From assembly GCA_033977065.1 (NCBI GenBank), contig JAXCHI010000003.1:320001-384000 (forward strand): DNA of 64,000 nt, written 5' to 3'. The notes beneath the pieces are model-generated. The model was not told where the DNA came from, searched no databases, and saw nothing but the letters and a program-made list of their open reading frames with translations. This stretch comes from Candidatus Algichlamydia australiensis. Its GTDB lineage: Bacteria > Chlamydiota > Chlamydiia > Chlamydiales > JAJFMI01. Shown in pieces: positions 26,456 through 35,738 of this stretch; the stretch's first letter is position 1, and each line of letters opens with the position of its first letter. Made by a program: the position numbers and the translations under genes.

Positions 26456-29329
26456 TTAGACTAGCGGGGAGTATACCATCTCCTCTTTTTCTGCGAAGTG
26501 GCTAAAATATTTTTGAAGCTCACCCTCCCAGTTTTGTTTTTGAGAAAGAGCTCTTGCCTGTGCCCATTTCAGGTGAGGATCAATAAACTGTGTGTTGATT
26601 GCTGGTGGTTTTCCTTTCAGGATATTTTCTGCTGCTCGTGGAGTAAAGGGCGAGGGGCTCTTTTTCGCCTCTTCAAAATAGCTGAGGTACGTTTCAAGAT
26701 GATTACCTGAAACTGAAAGGCGCTTACTCTCCTTGAGAATGAGCAAATCTTCTTTACAACCAAGAGTTTGTGCAATTTTTTGAAAGACAAGGAACGTTGG
26801 CCAGATGGGCAGGAGTTCATAGAGTTTGCTTCCTCCGATGTGTAAAAGCCCCTCTTCAGAGAGGTTTTCTATTTCTCCTTCGATGGTTACATCACCGACT
26901 TGCAACGCTGGTATGATCCATTTTTTTTCATGAAGTTTGTAGGGCGCTTCGCAGGAGGCTTTGAGTTCGACGGCAAAAAGAGTTGCATCAAAGGATTTTT
27001 TGAGAGGAGCAAGCTCCTTTTCAAGGCGCATGATCGCCACTTTTTCAAAGAGTCCCGAAGGAAGTTTTCCCGCTCGAGAGACTTCCTCTATTTGCAGTTC
27101 TCCGCGCAGTGATTGCAGTTGCATGGCGTTTTTCTCCCAAGGTGCAAGAAGAAACTCTTCATCATACTCAAAAGGGAGATGAATGTTTAGGGTCTCATTC
27201 AGGTAGAAGCGCAGAGGATTTTTTGCTAATTTTTTCAGTTGGTTAATGGTGATGGTGGTGGCTTTTTCTGGCTCAACTCCTTGAAAGAAGGGCTGGCGCT
27301 CTTGCTCTTCGCTCGCTTTGGAAAAATTTAAGGAAGAAAATTCTTTTATGGTCGCCTCTTTTTTAAAATATTTAGGATGAAAAGGATAGGAAGGATGCGA
27401 AGTGTGTAGATCCAATTCTAGGTAATCCATAAGCTCTTGTACTAAAAAGGAGACGCTCTGCTCACGCCCATCTTGAGGGCAGAGATTGGAATAGAAAAAG
27501 AGCAGCTTCTCTCTTGCTGAGATGAGAAGCTCTAAAAAGAGGTAGCGATCCTCTTCAGATGCGGTGGGTCCTAAATTTTGAGCTTGCTGCAGAGAGGAAA
27601 AAGTCTCTTGATGTGGGAACTTTTCCATTCCCAGTAGGGCAATCACTTTAGCTGGTCGCGCATTTCCAGATTTTAATGATGTAAATGTGATGCAATTTTG
27701 ATTCTGAGCGCGTACCCGATCACCAGAGCGCGCGAGATTGCGACGAATAGCTCGTTCGACGCTTGCAAAGCGGTAGGTTACGTCTGGAAGAAGCTCTCCC
27801 AAAATAGAAAAATCTTCTTGGAAGTCCATTGAACCGAGGTAGCGCTCACAAAGGGTATGAAAAAATTCTTTCCACTCTCGTAAGGTAAATTTTTTGGTTT
27901 CCATAGTGCGCAAATCCTCTCGCAAGGAGCGCACAGCTTGCAAAAATTTTCCCAGAAGCTCCGCTTCAGAAAGCTCGATCGGATGCGCGAGGTGCTCGGG
28001 CTCCTCTTCCATGGCTAGGCCAAAGAGAAGTCTGCGAAACGCCTCTTCCCAAGTACCAACACGATGGGTTTCATCATAGCCCCACTTCAGATGAACAGCT
28101 TCTAACCACTTTTCAATAGTTTTGAGCTCTTCATCAGTAAAGTGTATATGCTCTTTTACTGAGGCGAAGTGGAAAAAACGCAGGATCTCTTCGCGCTCCC
28201 AGGCGCAATTTTGTAGAGAGAAAAGATAGAGGAGCGCCTGCGCCGGATCGCTGCGCCGTGAAAAAGGAAGATCTTGAATTTCAAAGGGGATCGGCAGATC
28301 TTTCGAACCAAATGAGAGAGAGATGTGAGACTCATAGTCTGCGATTTTAGGCGCGAGTACCAATACATCGGAGGGCTGCAAGTCGGGATTTTCTGCAAAA
28401 AGATTAAGCAGGAGTGTTTTCAATACTTCAATCTCGCGCAACATTGAGCAGGCACTATGCAATTGGATCGAACCATCTTGCTCATAATTCGATTTTTGCA
28501 TCTCTAAAAGGTCTTTTTGTACGGTCTGCAAAAGTGTTGTGCTATTTGGCTCGGCAAATTTTTCTATGTAAGGCAGAGAGAGATCTTGGTAGTAAGAAAA
28601 AATTTCGCCGCCCATTTTGCCAAAGTTAGCAAGGAGCGGGTGATGAGAGGAGGTGAGCTCGGTAAATTGTGCAATCTCTTCTTTGGCTACGCCTTTTTTC
28701 TCATAAAACTTTATGCGATTTAAACGACTCTTATCAGAGAGCAGATCGCCCCAAAACTCTCTTGTGGGATTGAGAAAGTAGAATGTTGCCCGCGGCATTT
28801 TTGCAAAAAAATCGCGATAGAGTTTAGGGATGGCGCCAAAAACATGCACTTCAAGATCTTGCGGCTCAACTTCTGGCAGAAAATTTGCAGGAGCATCCCA
28901 GATAGAGAAGATTTTTTCATAAAGGCGTTTTTGCCAGCCATGCAAGAGAACATTTTCCGCCTTAGCATACCGTAAAAAGAGCTGGCTGATGTGGTCGGCA
29001 AAATCGCGCAGCTGTTTTGGTGTCTTGATGAGCTCTTCAAGCTCAGGAATTTTAGGAAGCTCACTCTCTAAATGCAGGGCGAGAGCGTTGGGCGTGGGAA
29101 AATGAGGAGAGTTGCCAGAAAGACGTAAAATTGCCTGCACACCTTGCGCGGGCTTGTAAAATTTCGCACCAAGTGCAACTCCCTTTTCAGTGGCAAGCTG
29201 CGCAAAAATGCTGCCTTTCATCTCATCACTGGGGGTAATCACAAATTTTCGTGAAAACCCCTTGTAAAGAAATTTTGAGAGTTCTTTTACAAGAATTTCT
29301 AACTGTTGACTTGCGATTATCGCTGACAC
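26456..29329 (-). CDS. recC: Exodeoxyribonuclease V gamma subunit
   Basis: NPTREFWGD, HPLLANFGK, SMLREIEVL and EDRYLFLE motifs; upstream of recB. Confidence 0.93.
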   Translation of the reverse strand: MSAIIASQQLEILVKELSKFLYKGFSRKFVITPSDEMKGSIFAQLATEKGVALGAKFYKPAQGVQAILRLSGNSPHFPTPNALALHLESELPKIPELEELIKTPKQLRDFADHISQLFLRYAKAENVLLHGWQKRLYEKIFSIWDAPANFLPEVEPQDLEVHVFGAIPKLYRDFFAKMPRATFYFLNPTREFWGDLLSDKSRLNRIKFYEKKGVAKEEIAQFTELTSSHHPLLANFGKMGGEIFSYYQDLSLPYIEKFAEPNSTTLLQTVQKDLLEMQKSNYEQDGSIQLHSACSMLREIEVLKTLLLNLFAENPDLQPSDVLVLAPKIADYESHISLSFGSKDLPIPFEIQDLPFSRRSDPAQALLYLFSLQNCAWEREEILRFFHFASVKEHIHFTDEELKTIEKWLEAVHLKWGYDETHRVGTWEEAFRRLLFGLAMEEEPEHLAHPIELSEAELLGKFLQAVRSLREDLRTMETKKFTLREWKEFFHTLCERYLGSMDFQEDFSILGELLPDVTYRFASVERAIRRNLARSGDRVRAQNQNCITFTSLKSGNARPAKVIALLGMEKFPHQETFSSLQQAQNLGPTASEEDRYLFLELLISAREKLLFFYSNLCPQDGREQSVSFLVQELMDYLELDLHTSHPSYPFHPKYFKKEATIKEFSSLNFSKASEEQERQPFFQGVEPEKATTITINQLKKLAKNPLRFYLNETLNIHLPFEYDEEFLLAPWEKNAMQLQSLRGELQIEEVSRAGKLPSGLFEKVAIMRLEKELAPLKKSFDATLFAVELKASCEAPYKLHEKKWIIPALQVGDVTIEGEIENLSEEGLLHIGGSKLYELLPIWPTFLVFQKIAQTLGCKEDLLILKESKRLSVSGNHLETYLSYFEEAKKSPSPFTPRAAENILKGKPPAINTQFIDPHLKWAQARALSQKQNWEGELQKYFSHFAEKEEMVYSPLV

Positions 29330-29358
29330 CTTATCCCAACTTTGTTAGGATTGATCAT

Positions 29359-31065
29359 ATGTCTTTTTTCAAGAAAAAATCAACGCGCATTAAAGCTTTC
29401 TTCAACTCCCTCCCGTTCCGAAAAACAGAGGGTTTCGCAACGCGTAACGCTATCCACTTCCATAACTTGACACAGTTTGGTGGTGCGATGAATGACAACA
29501 TCTTTAAATTTTTGATTCTCTTCTTCCTGATCAGCATCAAAGGGGTAGATGACGCTTCACGCATTCTCTTCTGGTTAGGACTTGTCTATGTCGCCCCCTT
29601 TCTCCTCTTCTCTTCTGCTGCAGGCGTTCTTGCGGATCGATTTAGCAAATCGCGCATCATCGTCACGATGAAAGTGACAGAAATTGTCATCATTATTTTA
29701 GCTTTCTTTGCCTTCGCAGCAAAAAGTGAAATTAGTTGTTACGCGCTGATGTTTTTGCTCTCGATGCAAAGCGCTTTTTTCGGGCCACCCAAGTACAGCA
29801 TCATCCCAGAGCTCGTAGAAAAAAATCGCATCTCCAAAGCGAATGGCTGGGTCACCTCATTTACCTATCTGGCGATCATCGTTGGTACATTTCTTGCTAG
29901 CTTTGTCAGTGATATCCTCAACAAAAACTACCTACTTTCTGTAAATCTCTGCCTAGTTGTCGCCATTTTAGGCTTTATTACCTCTCTTTTCATTCCCTAT
30001 ACCAAGCCTAAGGGCACAAAGAAAAAAATTAATCCTCTCTTTGTCCGCGAAATTTGGAGAACAATGGTTGGGATAAGTGAGCGTCCTCACCTCTTTGTCT
30101 CCGTCATCGGTGCCGGCTTCTTTCTCTTTGTTGGTGCCTACATTCAGCTCTCGATCGTCCCCTTTGCGATTCAATCTTTGAAAATGGATGAGCAAGCGGG
30201 CGGATATCTCTTTCTGACAACTGCTCTCGGGATTGCTGTCGGAGCCTTTCTTGCAGGTCGGGTTGTGCGAAAAAGAATTGAATTGGGTATCCCCTGTGTT
30301 GCAGGCGTGTTGATGGGCTTTGGACTCATTTTTCTGGGTCTTTTTGCCAATAGCTTAACTGCTGTCATTACAATTCTTGTGATTCTCGGTTTCTTTGGAG
30401 GGCTCTTCATTGTGCCTTTTGAAACCTACATTCAAGCATTTAGCCCCGAAAAGCGCATTGGTCAAATAGTTGCCGCTGCAAACTTTCTCGGATTTTTGGG
30501 AGTAGCACTGGCTCCTTTTGCTATTGCTATCATCAATGGACTTTTAGGACTTAGCATGGCAAAAGGCTATGTTGTCGTGGGTTTCATCACTCTCATTGCC
30601 ACCCTACTCATTATGCTGGGATTATCGCGAGCCACACTCCACTTCCTTTCACGCTTTTTGGTCTTGCCATTTTGCCGCCCCCGCTTTGTCAAAAATCCTC
30701 TTAATAAAAAGGGGAATTTTGCCATCTTGCTTCCTGGACGCGGACGAGTCCTCACCTGGTTTCTAATGGGAATCTCTTCAGACGTCGAACTCTTTGTTTT
30801 AAAAAATCGCCGCAGCATCTGGGACTTTCTCTATTTTTTCACTGCCTCCTATCACTTCTACTACTACAAGCGCGATCCCAAAAAAGCTATGGATCGGCTT
30901 CTTGCAAGCGATCGCATGCGCAAGCAGAAAGGATCTATCTCCCTTATTGCTTTTCCATTTGAGAGCGAGAAAACAGCTCTTGAGCTTGTAAAAAAGGCTT
31001 CTCTAACACAAGAAAAATACCGTCTCAAACGAGACGGCAAAGAGATTACGTTTCAAAAAATTTAA
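29359..31065 (+). CDS. MFS transporter, LplT/Aas-type (chlamydial ygeD-like)
   Basis: TQFGGAMNDNIFK, AGVLADRFSK and QSAFFGPPKYSIIPE motifs; about 12 TM segments; divergent from recC. Start moved to ATG 29359. Confidence 0.88.
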   Translation: MSFFKKKSTRIKAFFNSLPFRKTEGFATRNAIHFHNLTQFGGAMNDNIFKFLILFFLISIKGVDDASRILFWLGLVYVAPFLLFSSAAGVLADRFSKSRIIVTMKVTEIVIIILAFFAFAAKSEISCYALMFLLSMQSAFFGPPKYSIIPELVEKNRISKANGWVTSFTYLAIIVGTFLASFVSDILNKNYLLSVNLCLVVAILGFITSLFIPYTKPKGTKKKINPLFVREIWRTMVGISERPHLFVSVIGAGFFLFVGAYIQLSIVPFAIQSLKMDEQAGGYLFLTTALGIAVGAFLAGRVVRKRIELGIPCVAGVLMGFGLIFLGLFANSLTAVITILVILGFFGGLFIVPFETYIQAFSPEKRIGQIVAAANFLGFLGVALAPFAIAIINGLLGLSMAKGYVVVGFITLIATLLIMLGLSRATLHFLSRFLVLPFCRPRFVKNPLNKKGNFAILLPGRGRVLTWFLMGISSDVELFVLKNRRSIWDFLYFFTASYHFYYYKRDPKKAMDRLLASDRMRKQKGSISLIAFPFESEKTALELVKKASLTQEKYRLKRDGKEITFQKI

Positions 31066-31074
31066 AAAAGAGTT

Positions 31075-32080
31075 GGCTCTAGACTAGCAAATTCTAAATC
31101 TTCGCATGATTTTTAGAAATTCTTTCTCTAGATTTACATGCCTATTATTAAACCTAAATTCACACTTTTTAAGGTTTAGAAAAAACTTCTGATAATATAT
31201 CCATTTGTGGAAAATATGGATATTTTGCTTTGTCAATGTACTCGTATCTGACAGCTTTTTCAATGACACAAGCAACTCGCACCACCCAACCTTTGGTCAA
31301 GAACCCTTTAGGATCTTTATCATGAAGTTTTTCAAAATAATTTATATATCTATTATTAAAAAATATACGATGACGGTTTTTTTGTAGTTTAATAACTCCA
31401 CCCAACTCTTTAATAAGCCAGTAAATATCTTTAGAATGGATTTTTCTATCAGGCTGATCAATAAGAACATCGGTTAAAGTTTTTCTGAACCTAAGTGATC
31501 TTCCAGTTAACTCCTCTGTTGGTATAAAAGAGATCGTTTGATTTTTAGTTTTAGCCAATAAAGATTTTTTTGACGAAGCAGATCGTTTTTGTTCTTTTGA
31601 GATTTTCCATCTTTCCTGTTCTTTTTCAATGAGAGCACTAATTTCATTCTGATCCTCTAAAGAAAAAATGGACTCTTCACCATTATCTGTCGGAGTCAAT
31701 TCTTTAACAGATGCACCACTATCTAAAATGCTTATATCTTCAGACTCAAAGAAATTTTCAGACGTTAAATTATTTTCGAGATTATATTCAGGAAACTTTT
31801 TTAATTGCTTTTTGATTTTTCGGTCAACGAGTTCTCTAGATTCGTCTTTCTCTTGCTCGACACTGATTGAGTTAGTTTGGTTTAAATCTGGGTCTGTGCA
31901 ATCTAATAAATTTTCTAAATTAAACTTTTTTAAGCTTAAGCCAGTATTTTCCATAATACCTTTGTCCTTCAAATAGAATTGGTTTATCTTTAGAATACCC
32001 AATAACTAAACGGGTTTTCCAATTAAACTCTAAGTGGTCATATACAGATGTTCACCACCAATAAAAGCTAGTCTAGAGCC
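31075..32080. mobile_element. Non-autonomous IS1595-family-derived cassette with passenger gene
   Basis: 14-bp perfect terminal inverted repeats ggctctagactagc (31075-31088) / gctagtctagagcc (32067-32080). Contains a transposase 3' remnant (31084-~31176, LKKCEFRFNNR...IC*) and one ORF. Confidence 0.8.
31169..31954 (-). CDS. Passenger protein: acidic low-complexity N-terminus and HicA-like C-terminal domain
   Basis: Open frame from TTG 32002 or ATG 31954. C-terminal IHSKDIYWLIKELGGVIKLQKNRHRIFF...LHDKDPKG pattern resembles HicA toxins. Confidence 0.65.
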   Translation of the reverse strand: MENTGLSLKKFNLENLLDCTDPDLNQTNSISVEQEKDESRELVDRKIKKQLKKFPEYNLENNLTSENFFESEDISILDSGASVKELTPTDNGEESIFSLEDQNEISALIEKEQERWKISKEQKRSASSKKSLLAKTKNQTISFIPTEELTGRSLRFRKTLTDVLIDQPDRKIHSKDIYWLIKELGGVIKLQKNRHRIFFNNRYINYFEKLHDKDPKGFLTKGWVVRVACVIEKAVRYEYIDKAKYPYFPQMDILSEVFSKP

Positions 32081-32087
32081 ATCACTA

Positions 32088-32665
32088 CTAGCAAATCTTA
32101 AATTTTCGCATGTTTTTTAGAAATTCTTTCTCTAGATTTCCATACCTATTATTAAATCTGAATTCACATTCTTTAAGGTGTACAAAAGACATATGATCTG
32201 ATAATCCGTTGAATTTTGTAAGCCTTCATTTTGCAAAACTCCAAAACGATTCTATTCCGTTTGCATGAGACTTTCCTCTAGCAAATTCATTCTTAGAATG
32301 GTAAACCCGATAATGCTCATAGCTATTTAATATCAGGCCATCATGTGCTCTCCATCCGTCAGTGTAAATGTTAACCCTTCGAGGATTTTCCCTTGGATAA
32401 TTGGTAAAAGTTCCTCCTTAAGCAATCCAAAAACAGGTGGCTTTCTAGCAGCTCCTCTACCTCTTTTTCCTCTGACATGCCTTGTACCAAAGTAGCTTTC
32501 GTCTAACTCAAAAACTCCTAACTCTTTGTCTACAAAAGGATAGTGAGCTTTTGAAAATAGCCTCTCTAAATAAGTTGTAATATCAGTTAATAGTATTCTG
32601 ATTAATCTTCAAAATTTGAGCTGCAACACTTGCATTTATATCGCTACAAAAAAGAGCCAAAAGTT
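32088..32665 (-). pseudogene. IS1595-family (ISXO2/IS1016-like) transposase pseudogene
   Basis: Fragments FELDESYFG..VRGKRGRGAARKPPVFGLLK, IYTDGW, YRVYHSKNEFARGKSHANGIESFWSFAK* and LKECEFRFNNR, interrupted by stops, frameshifts and an internal deletion. Confidence 0.92.
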
Positions 32666-33184
32666 TTATTCGGAAAGATTCTCTAAGCGCGAAGTTACTT
32701 CATTTTTTATTTCTTCAAAAAGTTCGTCTTTCTCATCAGCGATGATTTCTAAAGTTTTATTATAAAAATTTCTAGCTTCTTGAAGGGAACCAACATCTTC
32801 GTGTAGGAACCCTATTAAGAGGCTGTCTGAAATAATAAGAACTTTTGTTATCATGAAAAAAGTATTCACGACTCTAAGAGCTAATTGGCAGGGGTCTTTC
32901 GAAAGCCTAGAAAACATTTCTGCCTCTTTTTTTAAAGAGGTTTCTGCTATACCGACTGATTTCGTTAAAATTTCAACCGCTTCTTCACTCCTTTCTTCAT
33001 GAAATAACTCCACACCTCTTGCATAAAGGACCTTACTCTCTTCCACTAATTTTTTAATCTCTTCCAACTTCTCATCATAGTTTGATGAAGTAGACTCATA
33101 CCATCCCGAACTGTCAAGTGGCATGGAGTAGCATGGTACTGCAACAATAAAAGCCGCAGCCAAAATGGTTGTAAATTTTTTCAT
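32666..33184 (-). CDS. Secreted helical (TPR-like) hypothetical protein
   Basis: Signal peptide MKKFTTILAAAFIVA; GGAGG SD; TPR-like helices (EARNFYNKTLEI). Confidence 0.7.
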   Translation of the reverse strand: MKKFTTILAAAFIVAVPCYSMPLDSSGWYESTSSNYDEKLEEIKKLVEESKVLYARGVELFHEERSEEAVEILTKSVGIAETSLKKEAEMFSRLSKDPCQLALRVVNTFFMITKVLIISDSLLIGFLHEDVGSLQEARNFYNKTLEIIADEKDELFEEIKNEVTSRLENLSE

Positions 33185-33205
33185 ATTACCCTCCTAAAGG
33201 AAATT

Positions 33206-33353
33206 CCGAATAAGTGCTCTTTTTGAAAAGGCATCAAAAATTGAGGCAAAGTTGGCTTTGGAGAACAGAGCTAACTCCATTATGAGTTAGCGAGTTCGAA
33301 AAACCAATTTAAGCCAACTTTTTACGCCTCTTCGGAAAGTCTGATTTGTTCAA
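33206..33353. repeat. Intergenic 148-bp copy of the recD palindromic element
   Basis: Colinear with 23045-23191, with one extra loop base and an in-frame TAA. Confidence 0.9.
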
Positions 33354-33359
33354 TATCTC

Positions 33360-34646
33360 CTAAAAGGCATAAATTAACTCGATTTCATACTGCTTGTAGC
33401 GCATGAAAGGACCTCTGCCCTTGTCGAGAGTGATCGATTGACTCCAACTTTGGAACATTGTTAAGTTATTTGTCCAAAGATAGAGAAACTGCATCGTAAA
33501 GCCGCGGTAGTTGGTGTTCCCTACAGCATTACTAAAGTCCAAATCGCGCGGTCGTATATTGATCCCATCGCCAATTCCAAAGAGATCTACACCTGCTGCG
33601 TTGCCTAAAGAGATACCTGAGGCATCGAAGCTAGGGTAAGCGAGTGTTTGCACCCATTGGTAGTTCGTATCAAAAGACCAATCGCCCTTTTTCCGCGCTT
33701 CGCCAAGAGAAAAACCAGCATACCAAGCATTATTTTTCTTCTTGCCGTCCGTAAGTCCTTCAATGGGATCTGCTGCATGGTTCACAAGAAAAGCACCATA
33801 AAAAGTCATCGATTTATCCCAGCGTGTTTTAAACTTATATCCTGCAGTAAGCTGTGAAACAAAATAGTTAAAGCGATTGCTAAACACCTCAACTTGATTA
33901 TCTTTCTGCTCTTCTGTTCCATTAAAATCGTTTCTTTCAAATGTTTTGGTATCCCAATCGATAAGGGAGTACTTCAAGTAAAGACCAGTATTCCAAGCGC
34001 CAAGAAGACCCGTTTCAAAAACCCACGCATATTGGGCGCGATTCTCGTTTACAACAAAAGGACCACCTGTCACATAATAGTTCCCAAATTGGTCAAATGC
34101 ACGGCTATAGTTGAGTACAATTCCATCCATGAAAGAACCAAATTGTAAGCGTGAGTCAAAAGTATAGCTAAGGCGACGACGTCCAAACATCAAGTCTGTC
34201 GTATACGTATCTTCATCAAAAAGGCGTGCGCCTAAAAAAGCGCGTTCAACGGTAAGTTTGTCAAATGTTCCCGATCCTCCACCAAACCTTGTTGTACCTG
34301 CATTGTTATCAAATTCTAGTTTAATCGTAGCCCAAGTGCGGTCGGCGCGATAATCAATCATAATATTGACTTCTACATCCCAGGCAATAAAAGGCTTGTC
34401 AGTAGCACCTCCACTGCCGCGCTGCCGGTCGCCATCCTTGACTTCTCCGGTTGCCTGCATTTCGGTACGCACTTCTCCAGCAATCGAGAGGCGCCCACCA
34501 AGCTCTTTAATCGTAACTTTTCTTTGCGTGTCGATGTAATCACGCAGGACATTGTAGTCAACTTGGTCATTGACATCTCCCGGACCTTCTACAGAAAATA
34601 GTGCAGTAAGTGGGAGCAAAAAGAGTAAATATTTATAAGCTTTCAT
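33360..34646 (-). CDS. Chlamydial outer-membrane beta-barrel protein (CT623/CHLPN 76-kDa-homolog family)
   Basis: Signal peptide; LRDYIDTQRK..LSIAGEVRTE and ARKKGDWSFD motifs; C-terminal YEIELIYAF beta-signal. Confidence 0.8.
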   Translation of the reverse strand: MKAYKYLLFLLPLTALFSVEGPGDVNDQVDYNVLRDYIDTQRKVTIKELGGRLSIAGEVRTEMQATGEVKDGDRQRGSGGATDKPFIAWDVEVNIMIDYRADRTWATIKLEFDNNAGTTRFGGGSGTFDKLTVERAFLGARLFDEDTYTTDLMFGRRRLSYTFDSRLQFGSFMDGIVLNYSRAFDQFGNYYVTGGPFVVNENRAQYAWVFETGLLGAWNTGLYLKYSLIDWDTKTFERNDFNGTEEQKDNQVEVFSNRFNYFVSQLTAGYKFKTRWDKSMTFYGAFLVNHAADPIEGLTDGKKKNNAWYAGFSLGEARKKGDWSFDTNYQWVQTLAYPSFDASGISLGNAAGVDLFGIGDGINIRPRDLDFSNAVGNTNYRGFTMQFLYLWTNNLTMFQSWSQSITLDKGRGPFMRYKQYEIELIYAF

Positions 34647-34711
34647 TTATTAACTTGCATAGACTTTATCTAGATATCATAAAGGTCGCGAAAATAATTT
34701 GCAAGATAACT

Positions 34712-34900
34712 GTTGAACCCCTCAATACTGGACAAAAATTTTGCCAAGGGGAGCAAAGCGAACCAAAATCAAATCGAAGCGGCAGTGATTCGAGCGACGA
34801 ATCCATAGCCCATGGCGCTATGGATAAGGAGAAGAATCGATTTGATGAAGGTGCAGCTCTCCCATTAGTGAAATTTTTGTCCAGTACTGAGGTTGAACCC
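34712..34900. mobile_element. 171-bp MITE (34721-34891) flanked by a 9-bp direct repeat
   Basis: TIRs ctcaatactggacaaaaattt / aaatttttgtccagtactgag (20/21 match). gttgaaccc at 34712-34720 and 34892-34900. Central atccatagc/gctatggat stem. Confidence 0.88.
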
Positions 34901-34914
34901 ATCCGAATGGGGTT

Positions 34915-35685
34915 TTAGAACTTTAAAGTACCGGCAAGAGAAATTGCTTCTTCATCAAGAAGCCGCACTTCAACGTTCAACGAGAAGAGACGTTGTGTAG
35001 TGAGAGTTGTGCCAAGAGCAAAACCAAAAGGGTAACGGCTCTTTGCATCAAAGTTTGTTGCGGGTAAAAGCCCAGGAGGAACGGAGGAAAACTCCGCTTT
35101 TGCATTGGAATACTTTGCTGCAATGTAAGGAATAAAAAGTTCTATTTGATAGGAGAGCCCGAGCCCTATCTGCCACTCAGAGTAGTGGATATCGGCACCT
35201 GAGAGATCTCCAAAAGCAAATCCATTCACCCCAATCCAGTCAAGATCAGGAGTTCCGTGCTGGTATTTTGCATCAAGACCAATCGCTAATTGGTTGGTTT
35301 GGTAGATAAGAATTGTTCCCCCTACTCCCCAAGTGAAGCGATAGCCTGTCTCGTACTCATTTTTAAACCCTTCCATGGGGCGCTGCATTGCCTCAATGCG
35401 AATGGTTCCAAGGGAGCCATACACTTCTACGCGATCGAAAAAGTCGAGTGCAAAAACGCCTTGCTGAAAACTTGTTTTGAATCTTTCAAAATCCCCAGAA
35501 AATTGACTTGTCACCTTCATGCGGCGATCAAAGCAGTAGTCTCCTCGGTACCCTAAAGAGGCTGTTACACTCCCCTCTTTTGTAAGCAGAAACCCCTCTT
35601 CCATAATTCCGGGAGAGGAAGGATTGCCGTTATAGAGAGCAGGCAGCTGAGCCAAAAAAAGTAGAAAAGGAAGGATTTTGCGCAT
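34915..35685 (-). CDS. Chlamydial MOMP (OmpA/PorB)-family outer membrane protein
   Basis: LYNGNPSSP start motif (cf. MOMP LPVGNPAEP), GYRGDYCFDR, YSEWQIGLGLSY; C-terminal Phe. Confidence 0.85.
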   Translation of the reverse strand: MRKILPFLLFLAQLPALYNGNPSSPGIMEEGFLLTKEGSVTASLGYRGDYCFDRRMKVTSQFSGDFERFKTSFQQGVFALDFFDRVEVYGSLGTIRIEAMQRPMEGFKNEYETGYRFTWGVGGTILIYQTNQLAIGLDAKYQHGTPDLDWIGVNGFAFGDLSGADIHYSEWQIGLGLSYQIELFIPYIAAKYSNAKAEFSSVPPGLLPATNFDAKSRYPFGFALGTTLTTQRLFSLNVEVRLLDEEAISLAGTLKF

Positions 35686-35738
35686 TTAGATTTTTAGGGA
35701 AGGCCGAATCATTCAGCTTCCCCTCAGCATAAGCCTTC

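Noticed and set aside
29251..29358. Extended MFS N-terminus overlapping recC head to head
   Set aside because: ATG 29359 removes the overlap and gives a plausible start.
31084..31275. 63-aa ORF as an independent gene
   Set aside because: Only the last ~30 codons are an IS1595 transposase remnant; the rest overlaps the passenger gene.
34610..34918. ORFs 34610-34918 (+) and 34666-34902 (-)
   Set aside because: They coincide with the 171-bp MITE; open frames reflect the element, not genes.
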